This document shows, one piece after another, positions 1 through 12,667 of a stretch of DNA of 64,000 bases. The translations under genes and the position numbers were made by a program. Source of the stretch: Octopus sinensis (lineage: Eukaryota); NCBI RefSeq assembly GCF_006345805.1, contig NC_043001.1:89218001-89282000 (forward strand), in the 5' to 3' direction. A model generated the notes under the pieces. It saw nothing but the letters and a program-made list of their open reading frames with translations. It was not told the origin of the DNA and ran no database searches. The first letter of the stretch is position 1, and every line of letters starts with the position of its first letter.

Positions 1-852
1 AAATCTCATCGTAACTCTTGAGAAACTAGCAGAGAAGCTTGGATTTGGTCATTCAACCATTCATCGACACCAGCATGCCATCAGAAAAGTTATTAGATAG
101 GGTTAATGAGTTCCTCACAATCTTTTTAAGAGAGTGAATGTCTGCTCTTCTTTGCTGTCACGTCTCATAAATGGAACCTTTTTGAACCGAATAGTGACTG
201 CTGAGGAGAAATGGGTTCTCTATAAAAATGTCAAGCACTGAAGACAGTGGGTAAGGAAAGGAGAAATATCGGTACCCCTGGCTAAAGAACACCTTCACCC
301 ATGTAAGGTGCTGTTATCTGTTTGGTGGGATGTGAACAGTTTAGTCCACTTTGAACTTTTAAACCCAAGCCAAATGATAACAAAGGAGATGTGCTGTGAG
401 CAGCTTGAGTGGCTTAAGTCAGCACTTGCAAAAAAAAAAGACCATTTTGGTTTCAAGGCAAAAGGTTTTCTTCCATCAGGATAATGCTCAGCCACATACA
501 GCGAGGATGACATTCCAAAGGCTGGAGCAGTTTGAATGGGAAACAATGCCCCACCCACCATATTCGCTAGACATTGCCTCATCTGATTATCATTTATTCC
601 GTAGTCTTCAAAATCATTTGGACAGAAACAATATGAATTCTGTAGACGTGGTCAGAACAGTACTGGAGGAGTAGTTTTCGTCACGGACAAGCTGAATTTT
701 GGAAGAAGGGCCTTGTAGTCTACCAGATAGATGTAAGAACATTGTCGAAAATGAAGGAGAGTGTATTTTAGATTAAAAAAGAACTTTGTTAATCTTAATT
801 TTGAAGAACAAAAGAAGTATAAGAAAACCGCATTATTTATGGGATAACCCAA
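1..852 (+). mobile_element. Mariner transposon, degraded 3' two-thirds with right TIR
   Basis: Frameshifted transposase motifs EKWVLY, SVWWD, HQDNAQPHTA, HPPYSLDIASSDYHLFRSLQN (D,D34D mariner type). TIR ...ATTATTTATGGGATAACCCAA followed by TA at 853-854. Confidence 0.9.
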
Positions 853-1933
853 TATACATATATATATACCTCATAGTCTGTTTGTTTCCCACGGCTACCA
901 TTCAATGATTAAAACAAGAAACACGTTCAAGATAGAGATAAAAGATATCTCTATGTATATATATATACATACACATATATATATATATAGATATATATAT
1001 ATATATATATATAAATATATCTATACATACAATTATGCATACATACATGTGTATGTATGTACACATGTACATTCATATGTACATAGGTAACATAGGTATG
1101 ATATGTATGTATAAAATGGTTCAATTAACTGCTATGTCTTTCAATGTAATATGATGTTAAAATGAAACGAATTATTTCATGTTCACTTGAGAGTTTATAA
1201 ATTTTTGTCATCCGCATAATTATATACACAAATTTGAGACTGAAAAGAGAAATGATCCCATTGACGTCAGAATCTTGAGATCTGACCTCACTGTACCTTT
1301 CCACATTTTCTTTATTATTCTTCTGCCCCAGATATCCTCTACCAATATCAAACGCCACCTCTTTTCCCAATAGTCATTGTTTATTCACACCATACATCTG
1401 TACAAATACGATATTTAAATAAAATATTGTTGCAGATATAATGGGTGTGTGAAAGTTTATTCCAAAAGACACTAAATCTCAGTGAATATTCTGCAAATTC
1501 TCTTCCTGTAACCCTTTTGACACCATCCTACACCTGATTCTGCAATAGAAACTTCCTACCTGTTTTAAAGTGATTCTAATTAAAACCTTCTATCAAAATT
1601 TCATGTTTTTTTTTTTCTTTAGGTCCTAAATACCAGCTTAATAATGAAAAAAGTTAATTTTGTAATTTCTTCCAGCATGGCCACAGCTTTTGGGTTGAAA
1701 CACATAAAAGAATTATTTTGAAAATTATTTGAAGCAAAGTCTGTATATTTCAACAGAAATATTGCAACAAAAAGGTGCCGGTACCACTTAAAAAGCGCCC
1801 ATGCTGTTGCTGTCTTAACATATCCATGCTGGTGCTGCATAAACGTACCCATGCCAGTGGCATGTAAAAAGCACCCAGCACACTCTGTCATTAGGAAGTG
1901 CATACAGCCATAGAAACCATGCTACATTTTGCC

Positions 1934-2145
1934 TGTTAGCACGCCAGGCGAAATGCTTAGCAGTATTTCATCAGCCACTGTGTTCTGAATTCAAATTCCG
2001 CCGAGGTCGACTTTGCCTTTCATCCTTTTGGGGTCAATTAAATAAGTACCAGTTATACACTGGGGTCGATATAATCAACTTAATCTGTTTCTCTGCCCTT
2101 GTTTGTCTTGTCTGCATTTAGCCCCTTGTGGGCAGTAAAGGAATA
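1934..2145 (+). mobile_element. tRNA-derived SINE family S1 (representative copy)
   Basis: GTTAGCACGCCAGGCGAAATGCTTAG...GAATTCAAATTCCGCCGAGGTCGACTTTGCCTTTCATCC...GTGGGCAGTAAAG. Further copies near 6590-6960, 7060-7210, 7570-7870, 28190-28620, 28915-29130, 44720-44950, 48720-48910, 50650-50843, 57110-57345 and 58000-58225. Confidence 0.8.
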
Positions 2146-3729
2146 ATAAACCATGTTACAAGAGACAGTTGGAGTCTGGACAGCTCCCTACTAACCAGCT
2201 CCTTGTTAAAACCATGGAGAGTGCTGGCATGTATTAAACAATGATGATGATGATGTTTGCGACTGTACATTGTTTAAACACATATTTTCCATGTAGTTCA
2301 TGAGTGGTTGTCATATTTCATTCAAATCTAACAAAAACATCAAACTATATAAATTATGTATCACATAAATTCTACCTGTAATATGATGGCCCAAATTTAT
2401 CACATAGTTTCTGACTGAACCTGGAACCATGAGGTTGGGAAGCAAGCTTCCTACCACACAGCCATTACAGTTTTCTTTCCGTTGCTTTCTATCCATTCAC
2501 AAGGCTTTAGTCAGCCTATGGGTTATTGTAGTAGACATTTGCCCATGTCTGAGAGAAATTACCAGACAATGCTCACCTACCTGGTGGTTTGCTGCCAGGT
2601 ATTATTGCAGTACACAACACTATTATGTTTGTTGTTGTTTGTTCTTTCTCAAGCCATGCCTGGCTCATAAGGGTTGGTTTCCTGGTTTCCTTGGCATATA
2701 GGTTCCCCACCTGGATGGGACACTAGTCAGTCACAGGTGAGCTGCAAGATGCAGGAGGAAAGAGTGAGAGAAAGTTGTGGCAAAAGAGTCAGCAGAAGAT
2801 CCCCATTACCTTCTGCTGGAGCCGCATGGAGCTTAGGTGTTTCATTCATAAACACACACATCGCCTGGTCTGAGATTCGAACCCACGATCCCTCAACTGC
2901 GAGTCCACTGCTCTAACCACTAGGCCATGTGCCTCCACCCTTATTATGTACTGAATTAAATGTGCTGTAATTAGTCATGTCATACCCATTCGGAATGTAC
3001 TGCGTCCATCACTGCAGCCCACCTACCAGTGTCCAACTACATCTGCTGCCAACCATTTTGTTGATTTCGGAAATCCACCACAACAACTTCTCAGGTGTCA
3101 TTATGGGAGATGGATGGTAATTTACAGGGTATTTTTTACTGAAAAAGTACATTTTCCATGCAGCAAATATGAATATCATGAATAGTTAAAAGTGGATGGG
3201 GTGGGGTGACTAATTGTAAATATGAATGGTGCAGAGATGATAATAAATTAATTACAGCTGCACAAATCAGTAGATTTCAATAATTTGAAATGTGTAAGTT
3301 GCTAGATTAGTAATTTTTATTCAAATTAAATTTATTGATTTAACATGATTTAATTCAGTGGCTATAACCAGCTGCAACCTATATGTATCTTTTACTGGGC
3401 AGAGAAAGTGGGATATGTGGCTTTTATGGAAAGTTCATCCAATGGACTGGAAACTAGTCAAAATTGTCCCTCTTTCCATGTCTATAGAAAGATCAATATT
3501 TTTTTATTTTTCACCTTCTACTTGTTTCAGTCATTAGACTGCAACCATACTGAGGCACTGCCTCAAAAAGTTTTTAGTTAAATGAATTGACTCCAGTACT
3601 TTTCTTCTTAAGCCTTGTCCTTATTCTATCAATCTCTTCTTCTGAACTGCTAGATTACAGTGATGTAAACACACCAACACTGGTTGCCAAGCAGTGACGA
3701 ACAAAGACACAAAGACACACATGCGTATA

Positions 3730-4328
3730 TTAGTTCATCCCATAAATAATACAGTTTCTTCAACTGCATGAGCTAAATATCAGAGTGGGACGAGATAAAC
3801 TACCTGCTATATGAGATAAACAACTTGCTATAGAAACAGGTAGTAATTTTACCTTGTACTTATTCTTAGTGCAAGTTTTGAAGAGTGCAGTTCGATTTTG
3901 AGTTATTTTTTCAAAGCTATAATGGCAGTGACAAAGGAACTTATTCAGGATATTTTGCTTTATTAATTCAATAAAGGCAACAACGCAACAGAACGTGCAA
4001 GGAATATTAATGCAGCATATGGAGATCACATGCCCCACTCACCATATTCGCCAGACAATACCCCATCTGATTATCATTTATTCTGCAAAATCATTTGGAC
4101 GGAAACAATATGAATTCTGTAGATGAGGTCAGAACAGTACTGGAGAAGTACTTTTCTTCATGGACAAGAGAATTTTGGAAGTGGGGCCTTCAAGTCTACC
4201 AGATGGATGTAAAAGCATTGTAGAAAATGACAGAGAGTATATTTTAGATTTAAAAAGAACTTTGTTAATCTTAATTTTGGAAAATAAAAGAAGTATAAAA
4301 AAACTACATTATTTATGGGATAACCCAA
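3730..4328 (+). mobile_element. Internally deleted mariner (same family as 1-852) with both TIRs
   Basis: TA|TTAGTTCATCCCATAAATAAT ... ATTATTTATGGGATAACCCAA|TA. The N-terminal KGNNATERARNINAAYGD is joined directly to the C-terminal MPHSPYSPDNTPSDYHLF. Confidence 0.85.
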
Positions 4329-5869
4329 TATATATGACAAAGCTTTCATTGACCTGAGGCTATAGTAAAAGTCACTTGTCCAAGATGCCATGCTGAGGAA
4401 GTGAACCCAGAACCATGTGGTTGGGAAGCAAGCTGCTTACCAGATATCCACACCTGCACCTATATAAAGACATTTTAGAGATTTGTGTATGTTCATTGCA
4501 CAAATTACAGCAATGGCTTGGTATACCTAGATATATTTTGAAATTTGTGTGTGTACACACACACACACACACACACATGTACACACACAAACACACACAC
4601 ACACACACACACATATGCTCCATATACATTTGTAACTTCCACCCAGCCACATTTCTTGTTTTCAGCCTCAACTCACTTCTTACCTTGTACTTTGAAAGCC
4701 TGCCCTGACACCCCTTCACCACTATTTTATCTATCTTCTTCAGCTCCACCCTGGTTCCTTCCATCCTCTCTTCTGTAATGTGAATAACCATGTAGCTCTT
4801 GTACCACAATAAACTTGTTCTTGTTCCTTCTTTCATACTTTAACTTCTCATCTTCTAACATAAAAATCATCACCCTCACTACTTTAACCCTGCTCAAACT
4901 GTCAACTGCTTGGCAATCTCTCTAGTGCTGGTCCCATGATAAAATGCATCCTGCCATAGGAACCAAAACAAGGGCAAAACATATGAATGAGGTCCTCTTA
5001 GTCATCTAAGGCAATTGTCACTCCAAATAAGAATAGACTTGGACCATGACAGCCAACCTAAGTCATACTTAAATGGAAAGCAAGTGTAAAACAGTGGTAC
5101 TGATGAGGATGAAATATATGCGTGTGTGTGTGGTGGTGGTTTGTTGTGCTTGAAAAGACATGTCAAGCTTAGTAAAAGCACAGCTGCCCTTGCATTCAGG
5201 CTTGTCCTCTGCAACCCTCTCCAGCTGAGCATCCTTAATCTTGTGGGCTTGTAGGTGCTGGTGCCATGTAAAAAAGCATGCATAATAGCACCCAGCACAC
5301 TCTGTAAAGTGGTTAGTGTTAGGAAGGGCATCCAGCCATAGAAAACATGCCAAAACAGGCAGCCCTTCAGCTGGTCAGCTCCTGTTAAACCATCTGACCT
5401 ATGCCAGCATGGAAAACAGGCATTAAATGGTGATGATGTTTATGGTACATACACACACATACATACACATATTTGTTGGTTCACCTGAAGTGATAAATTA
5501 CAGGACTCAATACAAATGTAGTATGTTCTTTAATACATTATAAATGAAAGGCTCTGATTTCCATTACTCAAAGTTACTCATTTCCAATAATCAGCTGATA
5601 AACTGAGCCTGGTTTTCTTTTGAATATCCACTGTGCTTTTTGAAATATGAGCTGAAAGTTTGAAGAAAACACTTATCTTTATGATCTTTCATTTAAAATT
5701 TTTGTGAACAACATGTGTAAAAACGGCTTCAAGCTCACGCTTTTTATTTCATTTCTGGTTCTTGTTGGTAATATTACTATAAATGTCATAAATTCCATAA
5801 AATCAAATAGCAATTTCATTTGCTATTTATATAATGTTCCAAAATAATAAATAAAATAATAAATAAATG

Positions 5870-6365
5870 TGTCCTTTTAAAGCCTAGCCAGGCTCATGGG
5901 CCTGGTTTCCATGGTGTTTGTATTCCCCAGCTGGATAGGACGCCAGTCCATCACAGCGTTACTCATTTTTGCCAGCTGAGTGGACTCAAGCAACATGAAA
6001 TGAAGTGTTTTGCTCAAGAACACAATGTGTTGCCTGGTCCAGGAATCGAAACCACAATCTTATGATCATGGTGCTGACACCCTAACCACTAAGCCACGCG
6101 CCACCACAAAAATATAAATGCGCCCTTTTAATGCCTAGCCAGGCTCATGGGCACGGTTTCCCAGTTTCTATGGCGTATGTGTTCCCCAGCTGGATGGGAC
6201 GCCAGTCCATCACAGCGTTACTCATTTTTGCCAGCTGAGTGGACTCGAGCAACATGAAATGAAGTGTTTTGCTCAAGAACACAACGCGTCGCCCAGTCCA
6301 GGAATCGAAATCACAATCTTAAGATTATGGTGCTGACACCCTAACCACTAAGCCACGCACCTCTG
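5870..6365 (-). mobile_element. Head-to-tail pair of tRNA-derived SINE family S3 (CORE-like plus V-like domains)
   Basis: Two ~240-bp near-copies. Minus strand reads GCGTGGCTTAGTGGTTAGG..GTTTCGATTCC..TTGAGCAAAACACTT..GATGGACTGGCGTCC(T/C)ATCCAG. Related copies near 2630-2940, 7340-7565, 31750-31890, 46330-46585, 52070-52240 and 62610-62740. Confidence 0.75.
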
Positions 6366-7021
6366 CTTCCAAAACAATACTTTTAAATAATACTTTTTAT
6401 TAATGCTTTTAATTAACGTTTTTAAAAACAATGAGTGTGTATGCAGGTGTTCATTTTGCATGGAGATAAATATGATTCATTACAACTAAGTGTTATTGAT
6501 TGGTTTAATATGGGAGATGTATGCAGCCTGATCAAATAAAACAGCTGCCAACTAATCAATGTAATAATATTAATAAAAACAATTCTTTCTAATTTTTGGC
6601 ACAAGGTTAGCAGTTTATGAAGGGAAGAGGCAAGTTGATTACATTGCCCTAGTACATGACTGGTACTTTATTTTATCAATCCAAAAAATAGGAAAAGGCA
6701 AAACTGACCTTGATGGAATTCAAAGTTCAACCCCGGCAGAATTTGAATGCAGAACATGAGGCCTTGGAAATTTTGGGGAAGGGGACTAGTTGATTACATC
6801 GACCCCAGTGTTAATTTATCGACTCTGAAAGGATGAAAGGCAAAGTTGACCTCGGTGGAATTTGAACTCAGACTGTAAAGGCGGATAAAATAGCACTAAG
6901 CATTTCACCTGGCTTGCTAATGATTCTGCCAGCTCACTGCCTTGAACACAGAACATAATGAGTTGAAAAAATATTGCAACTCATTTTTCCCAACACTCTG
7001 ACAGTTTTGCCTGCTTGCCTC

Positions 7022-7056
<35 letters not shown>

Positions 7057-8013
7057 TTCTTCTATCACAGGCACAAGGCCTGGAATTTTATAGTTAGTGG
7101 GGGCTAGTCAATTACATCAACCCCAGTGCTCAACTGGTATTTATTTCATCAACCCCCAAAAGGGTGAAAGACAAAGTTGACCTCAGTGGAATTTGAACTC
7201 AGAACGACAATGATGATGATGATGAACATAAAGAGACAGAAGAAATATTACTAAATATTTCATCTGACATGCTAACAATTCTGTCATTGAAGACGATGTA
7301 TGAGCATTCAGCTTTTTGCCGAACAACCTGCACGAATGATTTGTTTATAGTGATCAAACATTCATGCTGCACATTAACTCACTCTCTCCATCAAATCAAT
7401 GTTGCCTGAACAGATGCACTATGTACCTCAGGTGTCAAAGTGATCACTGAGCAATGTGAGATGAAGTGTTTTGCTCAAAACACAATGCCCCACCCAATCT
7501 AGGAATTGAAATCATGATCACCAGATTGAGAGTGCAACACCCTAACTACTAGGTCATGCATTCTCATACTGGTACTTATTTTATGAACCCTAAAAAGTTG
7601 AAAGGCAAAATCAACCTCAGCAGAATTTGAGCTCAGAATGTAAAGATAGATAAAATGCCTCTGAACATTTTGCCCAGCTTGTTGCCGTAAATAATTATAG
7701 TAATAATAATGATTTCAAATGTTAGCCCAGGCCTGAAATTTAGGAGTAGTGGGTAAATCAACTATGTTAACTCCAGTGTCTAACTAACTGGTGCTTATTT
7801 GATTGACCCCCTAAAAGGACAAAAGGCAAAATTGACATCGGCAGAATTTGATCTCAGAACATAAGCATACAAACGATTCATTTTTCCCAGCATACTTATA
7901 ATTCTGCTTGCTTGTTGCCTTAAATAATAACAATAATGATAATGATAATAATGATAATAATAATAATAATAATGATAATAATAATAATGATAATAATAAT
8001 AATGATGATGATA

Positions 8014-8496
8014 ACAGATAAAAATCAAATCATGCCTCCTCATTTATATGAATGCCCCAATCATCAACATAAATGTATCTATCAATACTTACCAAAAACT
8101 GAGCATGTACAAAGGTCTTGAAATAGAAATTTGCAAAATGTGGAACCTCAAGACTAAAACTATACCGGTTGTCATTGGTGCCCTAGGAATGATTGCAAAA
8201 GGAGCTGATTCCTACCTAGCTCAGATACCAGGAAACCCCAAAATGGCAGAAATTTAAAAGACAGTGCTCATGGGGACTGCCATATCCTACGAAAAATAAT
8301 GTCTATGTAATCTCAACTTCTAAAACAAACTTATAATTTTCTTGTTTTCTTAAACATCCTCTAGAACAATACTATGTACAAAACCAAATATATGACACTC
8401 TAGGCATAACACCAACATGGACTTCTAACTTGTCTCTTGAGGACTCTGGGTGAGACTTGGGGCCAACTTGTACAAATACAAAGCAAAAGTCAGACA
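8014..8496 (+). mobile_element. R4/Dong-type non-LTR retrotransposon, 3' fragment (restriction-like endonuclease plus 3' UTR)
   Basis: KSCLLIYMNAP...QKLSMYKGLEIEICKMWNLKTKTIPVVIGALG...VLMGTAHILRK is a typical REL-endonuclease C-terminus. Flanked on both sides by (TAA)n. Confidence 0.75.
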
Positions 8497-9219
8497 TATA
8501 ATGATAATAATAATAACAACAATAATAATAATACATTATTTACATTTGACGGATATTTGTCCTGATCTTGTTTGTTGTTAACACAACGTTTTGACTGATA
8601 TACCCTTCAGCCTTCATCAGGTGTCTTGGGGAAATTTCGAACCTGGGTTCTCATTCCTACGGTATTTTTCAATGTTATTATTATTATTATTATTATTTAG
8701 GTCACTGCCTGGAATCGAACTCGGAATCTTGGGGTTAGTAGCCCGTGCTCTTAACCACTACGCCATATGCCCATGTTTTATATTGATAAGTAAGGTAGCT
8801 GGGAAATGTATATAATGGACTATAACCCTATGTCGTTTGTCATTGTGCTTTGTTTACCTATCACATTGTTTTCCTATCTTCTTTTCTATCTTGTTCACAT
8901 TGTTTACTTTTACAAACATACATATACATTCATACACAAATGCATCCATATACATACATACCCACACACCCAAATACACACTTATGAATGTATCTATACA
9001 TGAGCATATATGTGTGTGTCTGTATGTATACATACATATATATATGTATGTGTGTTATATGTATATATAATGTACACATGTATGTGTGTGTGTATATATA
9101 TATATATATATTTATACACACATATATATATGTATGTATACACACATACACACACATAAATGTATGTATATTAATATATATTTGTATATCATATAATAAT
9201 GATATATATAAAGGAATGT

Positions 9220-9245
<26 letters not shown>

Positions 9246-9252
<7 letters not shown>

Positions 9253-10680
9253 ATATTTCGGAATGGTCATATTGCCAGTTTAGCCAATAAAAACACACGC
9301 ACTATATATTTGGTATTATTTTGCTTTATTTGATAATATATTATGTAATGATAGGAATGGGATTTGCCCACTCTATAGGAACAAGTCATGGAACACTATA
9401 GAAAGGACAAAAAAGAAAATAGGGAAGGCCAACTCTTGGTATGATAGCCATAAATACCAGAGTGTCATGTTCGTTGACACCACCCCTGGAGGTGAACTGG
9501 CGTACCGCTTTAGAAGGACCCTAGATAAACTTAAACTAAGAATTAAGGTTGTTGAAAAGCCAGGCAACCCTATTAAATCTATAATTGGTAGAACCTATCC
9601 TTTTAGTAGAACCCTCTGTACGGATAACTATTGCACTGTATGTAGATTTAGCCCACAAACAAACTGTAAAGCCAGAAATGTAGTCTATAGTATAAGATGT
9701 ATAGAGGGACGATGCAGTAACAAGACAGTAACATACGTAGGGGAAACAGCAAGAAGCATAGGAGAGCGGGTGAATGAACATTGGAGACAACTCAAGGAAG
9801 GTAAAAGCTCATCGATTCTGTACCAACACGCCGAACAGGAACACGGGGATCAATCTATAACATAGAGATTAAGATATTGTCCACACATAGAACAGATGCA
9901 ACAATTAGACAAATTACAGAAGCTACACATATAATAGAAAATAAACCTAGCCTGAATAGAAAACTAGAATGGGGCAATAGCACACACCACAACATATGAC
10001 GATAGAGGATCCCGAAAACATAATAAATACACAGATAAATAAACAAATAGAAATGAATAACTATATATATGTATATATGTCTATGTATGTATATGTATGT
10101 ATATATATATATATATATATGTATATGTGTATATATGTGTGTATATGTATATATATATATTTTTTTTCGATTAGATTTTCTTTTTCTTTTTCTTTTTTTT
10201 TTTTCGATTAGATTTATTATTATTATTATTACTAATATTGTTGTTATACACACATACAAGCATATGTAATGGGTGGATGTAAACACATGAACAAAATTAG
10301 AACAAAAGCAACAACAACAAAAACAAAATACAAATTACATGAATGTATATAAACAGAAGATACAACATATTTACAGGCATCCCCCCCACACACACCACTA
10401 AATAAACATAGACGCACATAGAGATATAAGCATGCGCAAATGAAGACATACAATAGAAAATAAAAATGGCTGACGGTTAGTAAGAGAGACACAAATAAGT
10501 GAGAAGAAAACAAAGGACCACTGATGCGGTCACAGGAGTGTGATGAAAGAACTCTGGCCGAAATAAGATTAAGATTAATGTAAAAAATAAATATCACTGA
10601 AGCAAAATAACACCAAATATATAGTGCGTGTGTTTTTATTGGCTAAACTGGCAATATGACCATTCCGAAATATAACAATA
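9246..10680 (+). mobile_element. Penelope-like element fragment (GIY-YIG) bracketed by 81-bp inverted repeats
   Basis: ORF 9467-9865 has CxxC linker plus NVVYSIRC...YVGETARSIGERVNEH. It continues after a frameshift as RQITEATHIIENKPSLNRKLEW. Inverted repeat at 9246-9326 / 10600-10680 (80/81 identical). Confidence 0.85.
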
Positions 10681-10754
10681 CCTGTTTCAACACACGACTT
10701 CACATAAAAAATCTTGCACAACAAATATTTAAACGTACTATATATATATATATA

Positions 10755-11880
10755 TATAATAGAAGGTCCGGAATTCCTTTTTAAACAAGGACAACGTTTC
10801 ACAGTAAAACACAACTTCACATGCGCATCAGAAAACCTGGTATATGTCTTAACTTGCTCGGGCTGTAATGAACACTACATAGGCCAAACTAAAAATAGCC
10901 TCCGCCAACGCATGACTGTCCACAGATCCCAAATAAAAATACAGGAATATAGAAAAATAGCATTTAGTGCACATATTTATACCTGTGCCGCACAACTCCA
11001 TCCCAATTTTAGAATCTTTCCCCTCTACAAATTTAAAGACAATGCCACTCATACCCAGCGAATAACCATGGAATCCCACCTTATTAATAAATACAGACCA
11101 CTTCTAAACACATGCCCCTAACACGAACCCACAACAAACACACTTACACCTGCACACACCCTACACACACCTTTACCCAGATATTAACACCATGACACAC
11201 ACAAATATATGGTTCCACACATACACATAATTGAATACGGGTGCAAAACATCCAACACTATTTTTGGAAATGGCTGTAAATATTGACTTCACACAAATAC
11301 GTTGCTTCCCGATACAGGCACAAGGCCAGCAGAACTATAAATATTGAAAATTGTACCCACACACATACACATATATACACGCGCGCACGCCCGCCCCCCC
11401 AACTAATATACACACACACACGCGCGCGCGGGCACACACATACATACATACAGCTCTCCCTGTTCTAAACGAACTTACTTATCCAGTCAAGCGGAAAATA
11501 CACTCCCTAACTACGCGCTAAAAAGCTATTTAAAATATCCACATGACGTCTACTGACCAGCCTGAACAATAAGAATTTTTCAACAACACTATTTTCGAAA
11601 TTCTACATTCACGTGACCTCTTTATTATGGCCAATAAGAAATTTTAGGCAGGACACTAGCCAAATTTTAACTTCTCTGGAGCCTTTTTTCTTACCCCAAC
11701 ACCAACTTCCATTCAAACATTCACGTGACCCCTTCATAATGACCAATCAAAATTTTAGGCGCGAAACCAAGCAAATCCAAAACAACTCTGGAGCCTCTTT
11801 TTTTTCACATATAAGAGACAGACTCTAATCTCTCTTTTATATTTTGATAAGCATAACAAATGCGAAACTGGTAAAAAGAA
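10755..11880 (+). mobile_element. Second Penelope-like element, 5'-truncated (GIY-YIG plus 3' UTR)
   Basis: FTCASENLVYVLTCSGCNEHYIGQTKNSLRQRMTVH...ESHLINKYRPLLN. Degenerate HHR-like terminus TTGATAA-GCAT-AACAA-ATGC-GAAAC-TG-GTA at 11844-11873. Confidence 0.85.
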
Positions 11881-12066
11881 CTTTCACCTAATTAAATTAC
11901 TTAAATTACTTCAATTATTTGTCAGCATTTTCTTCATTTCCTTTTATAGAGATATATATATATATATATAGATATATAATATATAAATGTATATTATATA
12001 TATAGCAGTATATTATACAATATATATATATATATAAATGCATACAAACATGTATATGTATTTATG

Positions 12067-12102
<36 letters not shown>

Positions 12103-12507
12103 CATGTGTTTGTGTATGTATATATTGTCAAAGTACATTAATTTTCCATAGGAACCGGGGTGGACAATGCTGACTCTCCCATTTTTTTACTTTAACACAG
12201 CTTGAATAATTACAACTCTCTATCTCTCGCACCTGTACGCTTTTAATTGCTGCACATTTGTAAATGTGTGATCCTGCCAAGCAGGATTGGTCAGGATTTC
12301 AATTTGAATAACTATTTACTTTGAATCAAAGCATGAAAACATATGAAATGTTTAAATAACATTTTAATATCGTTTCAATGAAAACCACATTGTACAATGT
12401 ACATACAATAATGTCTCGAATTCATTTATTTACTTATTTCTTTATTTGATGGGAGGTGTAGCAAGACAGTGTGTGTGTGTGTGTATACGTGTGTGCATGC
12501 ACATGTA

Positions 12508-12543
<36 letters not shown>

Positions 12544-12667
12544 TGTATGGTATGTATGTATGTATGTATGTTTGTATGTATGTATGTGTGTGTGTGTGTG
12601 TATTATATATAATATATATATATATATATATAATATATATATATATATAATATATATATATATATAC

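Noticed and set aside
3258-3293. Possible 36-nt micro-exon (attacAG...GTAAGT)
   Set aside because: No similarity to the ANO10 N-terminus and a poor polypyrimidine tract. Such sites are expected by chance.
8806-10286. Many Y/I/C/V/H/T-rich ORFs here and across the window
   Set aside because: They are translations of (TA)n, (CA)n, (TATG)n and triplet microsatellites.
10515-10570. SECIS element in the PLE 3' region
   Set aside because: No properly spaced (A/G)UGA-helix-AA-GA pattern and no in-frame TGA in the visible ORF. It fits a degenerate HHR better.
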